A stretch of DNA of 64,000 nucleotides. Source: Dehalococcoidia bacterium. Its GTDB lineage: Bacteria; Chloroflexota; Dehalococcoidia; Lucifugimonadales; QGNO01. How positions within the stretch are numbered: the stretch's first letter is position 1; every line of letters begins with the position of its first letter. The notes below the pieces were generated by a model, which was given only the letters and a program-made list of their open reading frames with translations, searched no databases and was not told the origin of the DNA. Of the stretch, positions 37,359-46,188 are shown piece by piece. Location of the stretch: the NCBI GenBank assembly GCA_965116555.1, contig OZ220698.1, positions 1,240,709-1,304,708 of the forward strand, read 5' to 3'. The translations under genes and the position numbers were made by a program.

Positions 37359-38849
37359 CTAGTTGATGTGGAATCCGCTAGATGAGTAAGCGGCAGCATT
37401 CGGATCGCTTGGGATGTACCGGGCGTTGCCCTTCTTCCCCACTAGCTCGCCGTCCTCTATGACCACGTTACCCCGCACCATGGTAAGTACCGGCATTCCC
37501 AGCAGCTCTGTGCCTTTGAACGTAGAAAAGTCGCTCATGCCGTGCTCATCATCTATCAAGTGTCTCTTTGCCGGGTCCCAAACCACTATATCAGCATCCG
37601 AGCCGGGTTGAAGGATTCCTTTGCGAGGAAATATGCCAAATATCTTGGCCGGGTTTTCACAGAAAACCTGAACGAACTTGGGTAGGGTCATACGCCCGCC
37701 GTTGATGCCGTGCGTCCATACTACCGGCATCATGAACTCCAGCGTAGTGAGCCCCGCTCCGATGTTGAAGATGTTTTCATGACCCAGCTCCGGCTCGTCA
37801 GCATGGCCGTCCATGGTCCCGGTCAGCTTCAGGGAGCGCGTATATCCAGTGTAGTCGCTTCCAATGACGTCCAAGGCTCCGCTGGCCAGACCACGCCACA
37901 TGGCATCCTTGTCTTCCTCTTCCCTCAAAGGAGGGGCCACTTTCAGCAGATAGCCCTCCCTGACCAGGTCGTCATTGGTCAAAGAAAGGTAATGGGGGCA
38001 GGTCTCCCCATAAATAGAGAGCCCCTGGTCCTTGTAATAGTGCAATATGTCAACTACCTCTTTAGTGCTCAGATGGACCGGATAGACCGGGCAGTTAGCT
38101 ACCGTTGCCATAGTCGCGGCACGGTGCACCGCCTCTGCTTCCACTATGTTGGGAGCAGCATCCTTGTAGTGCTGGACGGACACCTTGCCTTCAGACCTGA
38201 ACTTGCTTTCCAGGTAAGCCTTACAAATGCCATTCTCCGCATGCACCATTGCCATGCCGCCGTTGCGGCCCGCCAGGTCCATCACCTGCATCACCAGTTC
38301 GTCGGGAATGGAGAGGAGGTTACCCTGCGCTCCGGGCGCCGCCCACGGGTTCCAGGTCATGAACATCTTGTAGGAGATCACTCCCAGACTGACCAGATCG
38401 GGGATGACCTTATCGATGTCATCCCGGTCCCTCGTGGTGATCAGCCCGTGGATGGCGAAGTCAGTATATGAAACCTCCTCCGCGTATGCTATGAACCCCT
38501 TTACGATGTCAGGGTTGTATTTCCTTACGCCCCAGTCATTCCCAAACAGCTCGTGGCGGTGTGTCTCTGAACCAACGAAGGGAACCACTGTGGTCACTCC
38601 CCCATAAGCGCCGCAGATGGAATAGGTGTCCATCTTGTCTGCGTATATGGGATGCGCGTGAGAATCCAAGCCGCCGGGCAGAACGTACTTGCCGGAAGCG
38701 TCTATGGTGCGCTTGGCGCTCCTGCCCGATAGGTCATCCCCTACCTCATCGACCTTGCCGCCGCTAACAAGGATATCCGCTCGCGTGACGCCTTGCCCGG
38801 AGACCAAAAGGCCTCCTTGGATGAGGACATCGGCAATTGGTGCAGCCAT
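37359..38849 (-). CDS. cyclic amidohydrolase, D-hydantoinase/dihydropyrimidinase family
   Basis: 496 aa. Metal ligands GGLDSHAHP (HxH) and the carbamylated-Lys context ISYKMFM. Overall amidohydrolase pattern. Confidence 0.8.
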   Translation of the reverse strand: MAAPIADVLIQGGLLVSGQGVTRADILVSGGKVDEVGDDLSGRSAKRTIDASGKYVLPGGLDSHAHPIYADKMDTYSICGAYGGVTTVVPFVGSETHRHELFGNDWGVRKYNPDIVKGFIAYAEEVSYTDFAIHGLITTRDRDDIDKVIPDLVSLGVISYKMFMTWNPWAAPGAQGNLLSIPDELVMQVMDLAGRNGGMAMVHAENGICKAYLESKFRSEGKVSVQHYKDAAPNIVEAEAVHRAATMATVANCPVYPVHLSTKEVVDILHYYKDQGLSIYGETCPHYLSLTNDDLVREGYLLKVAPPLREEEDKDAMWRGLASGALDVIGSDYTGYTRSLKLTGTMDGHADEPELGHENIFNIGAGLTTLEFMMPVVWTHGINGGRMTLPKFVQVFCENPAKIFGIFPRKGILQPGSDADIVVWDPAKRHLIDDEHGMSDFSTFKGTELLGMPVLTMVRGNVVIEDGELVGKKGNARYIPSDPNAAAYSSSGFHIN

Positions 38850-38900
38850 GCTCTCCCTCCCTGTCCCTCTGTACTGCTATGACAGCGCTAAGCCCGGCGG

Positions 38901-39650
38901 TTATCCGGGCGGCGCTACGTTGATGTTACAGGCCTGCATCACCTGCATTGCCTGTGGTGGGAGCTGCGTTAGGTCACCCGCTATGGCGGGAAGGAACTGC
39001 TCAAGTCCAATCTGCTCATCCACGCAGCGCAGCGCGGACGGAGGGAATTGCATCGGAGTGCCTGTGGACTGGGAGAGCGCCTGCGCTTCCTCGTCTGTCA
39101 GGCAGAGCAAGAAGCGGAAGCCCAGGAGAATCTCCTGCGGGTCCTGGCTGCCTGTCAGTTGGAAGTTGCTGACGCCTGCCGTGGTGTACAAGGTGCGCAG
39201 GCAGTTGGCGCTTTCATCGGTAAATCCGCCGGCAACCGCGCCGATGCCGATGATGGCCAGCTCGGCGGCGTTCTCCGGCTCCAAGCAGTTGAGTATCATA
39301 TCGAGTTGGCCAGGGGCCGCGATGGACGCTGCCAATGGCTGACCGAGCATTCCCTGGTAAGCGGCTTCACCAATCTGGCTGCTGAGGCAGGACTGCTCAC
39401 CCTCCGAGAACATGCCGAAGACGTCGCCCGCGGGCGAGAAGAGGGTTATCTCAGCCGGGGCCATGGGCATCGCATCCGGAGCAGGAGTAGGTGTAGCGGT
39501 CGGAGCTGGCGTTGGAGTCGCAGTGGGTGTTGGAGTCGGGGTCGGGGTTGGCGTGGGAGTGGGCTCCGCCGAACACGCTGCGAGCAGAAGAATTCCCAAC
39601 AATGCCACGCAGAGCGGTAGCAGCAAACGTAGGCGAGAAGCAGTAGGCAT
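38901..39650 (-). CDS. secreted lipoprotein of unknown function with a PT tether and three internal two-Cys repeats
   Basis: 249 aa. Lipobox LLAACSA and linker EPTPTPTPTPTPTPTATPTPAPTATPTPAP, followed by three repeats of about 50 aa, each with two Cys spaced 31-33 residues apart. Confidence 0.6.
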   Translation of the reverse strand: MPTASRLRLLLPLCVALLGILLLAACSAEPTPTPTPTPTPTPTATPTPAPTATPTPAPDAMPMAPAEITLFSPAGDVFGMFSEGEQSCLSSQIGEAAYQGMLGQPLAASIAAPGQLDMILNCLEPENAAELAIIGIGAVAGGFTDESANCLRTLYTTAGVSNFQLTGSQDPQEILLGFRFLLCLTDEEAQALSQSTGTPMQFPPSALRCVDEQIGLEQFLPAIAGDLTQLPPQAMQVMQACNINVAPPG

Positions 39651-39767
39651 AATTGTTGCTCCGTACTATGTGCTCATATTCAGCCCATACTCTATTGTAA
39701 GAGAGGGTCAGGGTCAAGGAGTAAGAACCGAGCGTCAGCTTCTGCACTCCAAGCAGGAATTTGCCTC

Positions 39768-39797
39768 TTGACATGTTTCTTTGATATGGTTTATATT
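39768..39797 (+). promoter_or_regulatory. candidate sigma70-type promoter for the ABC-2 exporter genes
   Basis: TTGACA (39768-39773), 18-nt spacer, TATATT (39792-39797), in an AT-rich intergenic region. Confidence 0.5.
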
Positions 39798-39917
39798 ATA
39801 AACTACTTTGCAATACTAAAAGCTGGGTAAAAGCAGGCTTAGCGGCGGAAGAGTTATTGCTAAACGCAAAGACCGCGTAGCATAATCTGCGGCGCTGTCT
39901 AATACACTAGGGCATCT

Positions 39918-40874
39918 ATGAGCACGAACGAAATTGTCATACGCACCAACGGTCTGACCAAGCGGTTCGGGGAGAACACCGCGGTCGATGGGTTGTCCAT
40001 GGAGGTCCAACGCGGACGAGTGTACGGGTTGCTGGGCCCCAACGGCTCCGGCAAGACCACCACCATTGGGATGCTGCTCGGTCTGCTCAAGCCGACCGCA
40101 GGCAGCTTCAGTCTGTTTGGACTGGAAGGCCACCATGACGCCACACTCCGGCGTGTGGGAGCCATCATAGAGACGCCGTCCTTCTACCCCTACCTGACGG
40201 GGCGGCAGAACCTGACCTACTTCCAGACGGTGTCCGGCGGCGGACCGCGCAACGAGCCTGACGATCTCTTGGAGCGTGTGGGCCTGAGCGGGCGCGGCGA
40301 CGACAAGTATCGCACCTACTCCTTGGGCATGAAGCAGCGCCTGGGCATTGCCTACGCCCTGCTGGGCGACCCGGACTTGGTCTTTCTGGATGAGCCCACC
40401 AACGGCCTGGACCCCGCCGGAGTGATCGAGATGCGCGAACTCATTCGCAGCCTGGGGGGCGGCAACCGCACCGTCCTGCTCTCCAGCCATCTCCTCCACG
40501 AGGTTGAGCAGACCTGCGACAGCGTGACCATAATCTCCCGCGGACGGCTCGTAGCGCAGGGCCCGGTGGCACAGTTGGTGGCCTCCGGCGGGCGCGAGCA
40601 GGTGCGAATTCGCACCACAGACGACACGCGGGCGCGGCCCATACTGGCAACGCTGGATTGGGTGAGCGACGTTGCTGAGCAGAACGACGCCATGTTGGTC
40701 ACGGCGCCCATAGACCGTTGCGGCGAGATAACGGCGTCGCTGGCCGGCTCAGAGGTCTGGGTTACGGAGATGACGCCTGTCCAGACGTCGCTGGAGGACT
40801 ACTTCCTGGAGGTTACGCGCGAAGACGACCCTGGTAGCGCCACAACCCCCACCGATGAAGGAGCCACTTCGTGA
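39918..40874 (+). CDS. ABC transporter ATP-binding protein (ABC-2 exporter type)
   Basis: 318 aa. Walker A GPNGSGKTT, signature YSLGMKQR, Walker B LVFLDEPTNGLD. Confidence 0.85.
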   Translation: MSTNEIVIRTNGLTKRFGENTAVDGLSMEVQRGRVYGLLGPNGSGKTTTIGMLLGLLKPTAGSFSLFGLEGHHDATLRRVGAIIETPSFYPYLTGRQNLTYFQTVSGGGPRNEPDDLLERVGLSGRGDDKYRTYSLGMKQRLGIAYALLGDPDLVFLDEPTNGLDPAGVIEMRELIRSLGGGNRTVLLSSHLLHEVEQTCDSVTIISRGRLVAQGPVAQLVASGGREQVRIRTTDDTRARPILATLDWVSDVAEQNDAMLVTAPIDRCGEITASLAGSEVWVTEMTPVQTSLEDYFLEVTREDDPGSATTPTDEGATS

Positions 40875-41908
40875 TTGGAGAGGTCATACGCCTGACGCTG
40901 GCGGAGTGGTACAAGCTGCGACGTCGCTGGCTGCTCTGGATACTGCTGGGGGTCAGCGTGCTGATAAGCCAGGCGTTCGCCTGGGGCCTGAACACGGCTT
41001 ACCACGTCGACGAGGAAACGTTTGGCGCGCTCATCCCGCCCTACGAGTACCGCAGCGAGGACGGGATCATAGAACTTACCTGTGCCGACGTTGCCCAGGA
41101 GCAAGTGGAGGAGAAGCTGGCGCCTCTATCTGAGGCGGAGCGCGAGCTGATAGCGGAGAACGTGCAGGAGTGGCAGGCCTCCTGTGTGGGCTACACCACG
41201 CCGGAGGAGACCCGGCAGGCGTTTACCCTACCCTACGCCATCACGGCCACCAGCGAAGGGCAGTTGTTCCCCATTGTGTTCAGCCTGATCCTGGGCGCAG
41301 CCGTGCTCGGTTCTGAGTACGGGTTTGGCACGCTGCGGTCCACGCTGACCCGCGGCGTAGGGCGATTGCGGTACCTGGCCGCCAAGCTGATAATCGTGAT
41401 GCTGGCAGTGGCGGCGCTGGACCTTGCCTCCAACCTGACCACTGCGCTGGGAGTCCTGGTCATGGATGTTGTGCCGCCGGACGAGGGCGCGTCGCTGATA
41501 GTGAGCGATGCCGAGGCGTGGCGGCGCTTTGTCGAGGCAATGCTGCGGACTTGGGTTGTGGTGTTACCGTACGTGTGCCTGGGCGCACTGCTTGCGGTGC
41601 TGACGCAGTCGACGGCGCAGGCCATCTCCTTCTCCATGGCCTACTATTTTGTCGAGTTCCTATTGCTTGGCCAGCTTTTCGGTCTGACCTCCTGGCTGCA
41701 GCGGATACGCGAGTTCCTGCTCAGCGATGCCGCAGGCGAGTGGATGCTGCAGTTCACGACGCAGACGGAGATTGCAACGGGCGCCATCACGGAGCAGCCC
41801 AACCCGACTGCAGCGCTCTTCATTCTGCTCGGATACAGCGCCCTGTTCATAGCCGCAACGGTGTGGCTCTTCCTCCGCCGGGACGTCGCGGGCGCCAAGG
41901 GAGAGTAG
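40871..41908 (+). CDS. ABC-2 family transporter permease
   Basis: 345 aa. The GTG start overlaps the ATPase stop (GTGA). N-terminal TM, a large extracytoplasmic loop, then about 5 TM segments. Confidence 0.65.
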   Translation: MIGEVIRLTLAEWYKLRRRWLLWILLGVSVLISQAFAWGLNTAYHVDEETFGALIPPYEYRSEDGIIELTCADVAQEQVEEKLAPLSEAERELIAENVQEWQASCVGYTTPEETRQAFTLPYAITATSEGQLFPIVFSLILGAAVLGSEYGFGTLRSTLTRGVGRLRYLAAKLIIVMLAVAALDLASNLTTALGVLVMDVVPPDEGASLIVSDAEAWRRFVEAMLRTWVVVLPYVCLGALLAVLTQSTAQAISFSMAYYFVEFLLLGQLFGLTSWLQRIREFLLSDAAGEWMLQFTTQTEIATGAITEQPNPTAALFILLGYSALFIAATVWLFLRRDVAGAKGE

Positions 41909-41987
41909 GCACTCGGACAGTCTTCCTTGGGCACGACCACGGTCTTCCCGCAGTCGTGAAATTGGAACTATCCCCCTTGATTTGTCA

Positions 41988-42017
41988 TTGACACCGGTTT
42001 TGGGGGCAACATATAAT
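41988..42017 (+). promoter_or_regulatory. near-consensus sigma70-type promoter driving the riboswitch and btu operon
   Basis: TTGACA (41988-41993), 18-nt spacer, TATAAT (42012-42017). Confidence 0.65.
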
Positions 42018-42045
42018 CCCGGCAATTCAAAAACAGAACCACTGC

Positions 42046-42207
42046 CCGTTCAGGTGCCCACCTAGGGAGAATAGGGAAGGCGGTGAAAGACCGCCGCGGT
42101 AGCGCCACTGTAAGCGGGAGCTTGGCCCGAATCCACTGCCGGAATTCCGGTGGGAAGGAAACGGTGCACAAACCCAGCCCGCAAAGCCAGGAGACCTGCC
42201 TGAACGG
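42046..42207 (+). promoter_or_regulatory. cobalamin (B12) riboswitch aptamer
   Basis: The P1 helix pairs CCGTTCAGG (42046-42054) with CCTGAACGG (42199-42207). Conserved core AATAGGGAAGGCGGTGAAAGACCGCC...GCCACTGTAA. B12 box AGCCAGGAGACCTGCC (42185-42200). Sits upstream of corrinoid-uptake genes. Confidence 0.9.
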
Positions 42208-42312
42208 AAGGTGACCACTCTCCGCCTCAGAGAGGGTCCCTCGAGTCCAGGGATAGAATTCCCGGCCAGCGCACATCGAGACCTCCGGCGGAGAATCGCG
42301 GGAGGTTGTTTC

Positions 42313-43392
42313 TTGATAAGGACCGTTGGCGCAAACGCACTGCGCAGCTACCGACAATCGGGCGTGGTGACCCGGCTGGTGACTAGCTCCTCCGCCATCC
42401 TGTTGCTGGTCCTGGCTGTCGCGCTGGTTTCTCTCAGTTTGGGCCCTGTCAACATCCCCGCCGGACGTGTCGCCTCAATTGTACTGTCCTACGTCGGGCT
42501 GGACTTTGCCGCATTTGGCCGCACCGAACAGCTGGTTATAGAGCAGATAAGGCTTCCCAGGATTGTGGTTGGAGCCCTTGTAGGCATGGCTTTGGGCGTC
42601 GCCGGCGCAACAATGCAGGGACTGTTCCGCAACCCCATGGCCGACCCAGGGATAATCGGGGTTTCAGCGGGCGGTGCCGTGGGAGCGGTAGTAGCCATCG
42701 CCACCGGAATGACCGGCCTGTTCTTTCTTGCCCTACCCGCATTTGCCTTTGTGGGCGCCATGGGAGCCTCCTTTCTCGTCTACGGCATTGCCGCGGTCGG
42801 TGGAAGGTTCTCCATGGCGACTCTGCTTCTGGCTGGCGTGGCGGTCAACGCATTCCTGGGGGCCATTGTCTCCGCAATCATCATCCTGCTCCCCGACAAC
42901 GGCGCCCTCCGTGAGATCCTCTTCTGGCTCGCTGGCGGCCTGGACTCCCGTTCCTGGGAACACGTCCGTATCTCCGCGCCCCTGATCCTGGTGGGAACGA
43001 CCGTCATCGTAGTCATGACCAGAGACCTCAATCTGCTCACCCTCGGTGACGACGAAGCTCGCTCAATGGGCGTACGGGTTGATGCGGCGCGGGTGTTCCT
43101 GCTGGCGGCGGCGGCGCTGGTTACCGGCGCTGCCGTGGCGGTGAGCGGAACCATAGCCTTTGTCGGCCTCGTGACACCTCACATCCTTCGCTTGGTCCTT
43201 GGCCCAGACCATCGCGTCCTCGTCCCCATGAGCGCACTGGGCGGGGCAGCATTCGTCATACTGGCTGACACGGTCGCCAGGGTCGTCATTCAGCCGGCCG
43301 AACTCCGCGTCAGCATCATCACCGCCTTTGTAGGCGCGCCATTCTTCATCTTCCTGCTCATAAAGAACAAGCGACAGGTCTATTCCCTATGA
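42313..43392 (+). CDS. btuC: FecCD-family ABC permease for corrinoid/iron-complex uptake (BtuC-like)
   Basis: ORF from 42211, but its first ~34 codons overlap the riboswitch expression platform. The preferred start is the in-frame TTG at 42313 (GGAGG 7 nt upstream); GTG at 42364 is an alternative. The multi-TM body is FecCD-like. Confidence 0.75.
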   Translation: MIRTVGANALRSYRQSGVVTRLVTSSSAILLLVLAVALVSLSLGPVNIPAGRVASIVLSYVGLDFAAFGRTEQLVIEQIRLPRIVVGALVGMALGVAGATMQGLFRNPMADPGIIGVSAGGAVGAVVAIATGMTGLFFLALPAFAFVGAMGASFLVYGIAAVGGRFSMATLLLAGVAVNAFLGAIVSAIIILLPDNGALREILFWLAGGLDSRSWEHVRISAPLILVGTTVIVVMTRDLNLLTLGDDEARSMGVRVDAARVFLLAAAALVTGAAVAVSGTIAFVGLVTPHILRLVLGPDHRVLVPMSALGGAAFVILADTVARVVIQPAELRVSIITAFVGAPFFIFLLIKNKRQVYSL

Positions 43393-44630
43393 GAATCTCA
43401 AAGCAGAAAGGAACCACCTTGATATTCGGAAAGCACTGTATCGCACTGGCGTCTCTATTGTCCCTTATGCTTCTATCGATGACGGCATGTTCGTCAGAGT
43501 CGCCGACGCCCACGGCAACCGCTACTCCCACTGCGGTCAGTCTCCCGGCGCCGACCTCAACCCCGACGCCCACAGCTACGCCCACGGCCATACCGGTGCC
43601 CACTGCCACCATCCCAGTTCCGGCCTCAACCCCTACTCCCACCCCTACCCCACCTCCGACGCCCACCGCCACGCCAGTACCTACTGCCACTCCCATTCCA
43701 CCGGCGTCCGAGTTTGAAGACGTACCTGGAATCATTGATCCCAACAACTTCGGCTGGCCGCGACAGGTCGAAGGCCTCAACGGCATGGTCACTATTCCCA
43801 GCAAGCCGTCAAGGGTCATAACCGCTTCCGTCGGCCACGACGAAATAGCTGTGTCGCTCATACCGCTATCCAGGCTCGTCGGAGTGGGAGACGCCACCAA
43901 GAACACCACATTTTCCAATGTGGCCCACTTGGTGCAGGACACCCCCACGATCACCAGGGATCCGGAGACCATCATCGCCCTCTCTCCGGACGTCGTCGTC
44001 ACCAGCCCGTTCTTTGCGGCGGAGGGTATCGACGCGCTATCCAGGCTCGGCATTCCTGCTGTGCAGACCGACCTGATACAGGGGCCCGAGGAACGAATTG
44101 AGAGCATCCTGCTCATGGGATACATCTTGGGGGAGGAGGAACGCGCCGTAGAGTTTGCCGCCGAGGTTCGGGAAAGATACGATTCCCTGGTGAGCGTGAC
44201 AGCCGCCGCGAGCCCCAAGCCCCGCGTCCTTGCCCTGACTCAGTACGCGGACACCATCTGGACCGCGGGTACAGGCTCAACTGAAGGCGGCATAATCGCC
44301 GCCTCCGGAGGGATCAACACCGCCGAAGAAGCGGGCATTACGGGGAACCTTACCACCACCCTTGAAGGGGTGATTGCCATGGCCCCGGACGTAGTGATTA
44401 TTCCCCAACCGGCGGAGTTCGGCGCTGGTGAGTTCCGACAAAGCCTGCTGGAAAACGCCGCTCTCGCTGAGGTCCCGGCAGTCAAGAACGGCCAGGTACA
44501 CATTGTGGAAAGTAAGCACTTTACCACCCTTTCCCATTGGAATATCCTCGGCACGGAGGCTCTGGCCCGTATCCTCTGGCCGGACCTCTTCCCCGATCCG
44601 GTAGACTACGAATTTAGCCTTGCCGAGTAG
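43389..44630 (+). CDS. btuF: periplasmic-binding-protein type 8 lipoprotein (BtuF/FhuD-like) with a ~73-aa Pro/Thr tether
   Basis: 413 aa. Its start overlaps the btuC stop (ATGA). Lipobox SMTACSS and a PT-rich linker (43491-43709), followed by a cluster-A SBP-like body. Confidence 0.7.
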   Translation: MRISKQKGTTLIFGKHCIALASLLSLMLLSMTACSSESPTPTATATPTAVSLPAPTSTPTPTATPTAIPVPTATIPVPASTPTPTPTPPPTPTATPVPTATPIPPASEFEDVPGIIDPNNFGWPRQVEGLNGMVTIPSKPSRVITASVGHDEIAVSLIPLSRLVGVGDATKNTTFSNVAHLVQDTPTITRDPETIIALSPDVVVTSPFFAAEGIDALSRLGIPAVQTDLIQGPEERIESILLMGYILGEEERAVEFAAEVRERYDSLVSVTAAASPKPRVLALTQYADTIWTAGTGSTEGGIIAASGGINTAEEAGITGNLTTTLEGVIAMAPDVVIIPQPAEFGAGEFRQSLLENAALAEVPAVKNGQVHIVESKHFTTLSHWNILGTEALARILWPDLFPDPVDYEFSLAE

Positions 44631-44640
44631 ATGTGGAACT

Positions 44641-45531
44641 ATGAAGAAACAAAGCTCTAGTGCCGTAAGCGCCGAGGGGCTCCACTACGAAGTGGATGCC
44701 AAGTCACTCCTGGACGGAGTGGACCTGCACGTTGAACGGGGACAGTTCGTTGGACTTATAGGGCCCAACGGCGCTGGAAAAACAATGCTGCTCAGGGCCA
44801 TAGCGGGAGTCCTCCGCTACAGCGAGGGCGTTGTGCTGCTGGACGGGACCGATGTCAAAAACGGTTCTCCCAGGGACATCGCCCGAGCCATGGCTCTTGT
44901 GCCACAGGTTGCACCCTACACACAGGGCTTCACGGCGCTGGAATTGGTGCTCATGGGAAGATACCCTCACATGGGCCGATTCCAAATTGAGGGCAGCGAG
45001 GACAACGTTATTGCCAGGAACGCCATGCGTCTGACCGAGACCGAGCAGTTCACAGACAGGACCCTGGAAACTCTTTCCGGCGGTGAACGCCAGCGCATCT
45101 TCGTCGCCCGTGCCCTGGCGCAGCAGCCTCACGTTCTTCTGCTGGACGAGCCCACCTCCAACCTGGATATCCTTCACCAGTTGAAGGTGATCAGCCTGGT
45201 TAGGAAGATGGTGGACGGAGGGCTGACCGCCATTGCCGCAATCCACGACCTGCAGATGGCGGCCCGCTACTGCGACCGGCTGGTGCTTATGAAGGACGGC
45301 AGAATTCTGGCCAATGGCACGCCGGAGGAGGTGCTGACCCCGGAGACCATTCTGGCCTCCTTTGGCGTGAGAACCGCCGTGTATCGGGACCCGGTTGCCG
45401 GTTCCCTGGCCTTGAGCCTTCTAGGCTCAGAGGAGGAACGGCCGGGTAGCACAGCTTCTGATGACGTGTCAACGTCTCCGGCGTCGGAGCCGGACACCAG
45501 ACGAGCCATTGAAGTAGGAGATGAATCATGA
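44641..45531 (+). CDS. btuD: ABC ATPase of the iron-complex/cobalamin uptake type (BtuD/FepC-like)
   Basis: ORF from 44620. The preferred start is the ATG at 44641. Walker A GPNGAGKT, signature LSGGERQR, Walker B LLLLDEPTSNLD. Confidence 0.8.
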   Translation: MKKQSSSAVSAEGLHYEVDAKSLLDGVDLHVERGQFVGLIGPNGAGKTMLLRAIAGVLRYSEGVVLLDGTDVKNGSPRDIARAMALVPQVAPYTQGFTALELVLMGRYPHMGRFQIEGSEDNVIARNAMRLTETEQFTDRTLETLSGGERQRIFVARALAQQPHVLLLDEPTSNLDILHQLKVISLVRKMVDGGLTAIAAIHDLQMAARYCDRLVLMKDGRILANGTPEEVLTPETILASFGVRTAVYRDPVAGSLALSLLGSEEERPGSTASDDVSTSPASEPDTRRAIEVGDES

Positions 45532-46103
45532 ACACTCAAGACCCCTCCGCCACACCCCGCAGACCGGCCGGGCTTCGTCATGGCCGAATTGGTCTTGTGA
45601 TAGTGAACACCGGCGACGGCAAGGGAAAGACCACCGCCGCACTGGGTGTAATCTTTCGTGCTTGGGGCAGGGACTTTCGCGTCAAGATGTTCCAGTTCAT
45701 CAAGCATACGGGAGCGCGCTTTGGAGAGCACCACGCGGCGGACCGGATAGGCATACCTATTGAATCCTTCGGCGACGGCTTTACATGGCTCTCCAAAGAC
45801 ATGGACCAATCCACGGCCATGGCCGTGGCCCAGTGGGAACGCTGCAAGGAAGCGATACTGAAGGGAGAGGAGGACGTCATCGTCCTAGACGAGTTCACCT
45901 ACCCCATGCACTACGGCTGGATACCGGTTGAGGATGTCGTGGAAACCCTGAAGCAGAGGCCGCCGGAACTGCACGTGATCATCACGGGCCGCTACGCCCC
46001 ACAGGAACTCATTGACTGCGCCGACCTTGTGACGGAAATGAAGATGATAAAGCACCCTTATGAAGACCACGGAATCGTTGCCCAGAGAGGCATAGAGTTT
46101 TGA
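45528..46103 (+). CDS. cobO: cob(I)yrinic acid a,c-diamide / cob(I)alamin adenosyltransferase, CobO/BtuR type
   Basis: 191 aa. P-loop-like NTGDGKGKTTAALG, plus VILDEFTYP and HPYEDHGIVAQRGIEF. Its start overlaps the btuD stop (ATGA). Confidence 0.85.
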   Translation: MNTQDPSATPRRPAGLRHGRIGLVIVNTGDGKGKTTAALGVIFRAWGRDFRVKMFQFIKHTGARFGEHHAADRIGIPIESFGDGFTWLSKDMDQSTAMAVAQWERCKEAILKGEEDVIVLDEFTYPMHYGWIPVEDVVETLKQRPPELHVIITGRYAPQELIDCADLVTEMKMIKHPYEDHGIVAQRGIEF

Positions 46104-46188
46104 TCTAAAGCCATTACTGTGGCCGCCTGAGGAACAAATTCGCCCTACCCTCCGTATATATTTGTATAGACAGTAAGAGGTAGTCTGG

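Noticed and set aside
39651-39917. The AT-rich intergenic region with a ~110-nt leader before the ABC-2 genes might be a riboswitch or sRNA.
   Set aside because: Only short, weak pairings (4-6 bp) are visible by eye and no known riboswitch core motifs. A divergent promoter region explains it adequately.
42211-42312. N-terminal extension of the BtuC-like ORF (MTTLRLREGPSS...).
   Set aside because: It falls in the riboswitch expression platform and lacks an RBS. An in-frame TTG with a well-spaced GGAGG at 42313 gives a product that begins just before the first TM segment.
43491-43709. Repetitive DNA that might be a CRISPR array or a tandem-repeat locus.
   Set aside because: The periodicity is codon-level (ACN/CCN) inside an open reading frame. 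There are no repeat-spacer units of CRISPR size and no cas genes in the window.
43358-44218. 286-aa minus-strand ORF rich in GVGVAVG repeats. The same kind of ORF occurs at 3798-4334 and 39412-39771.
   Set aside because: It is the mirror image of the Pro/Thr-linker coding repeats of the lipoprotein genes on the opposite strand. It has no independent start context or domain.
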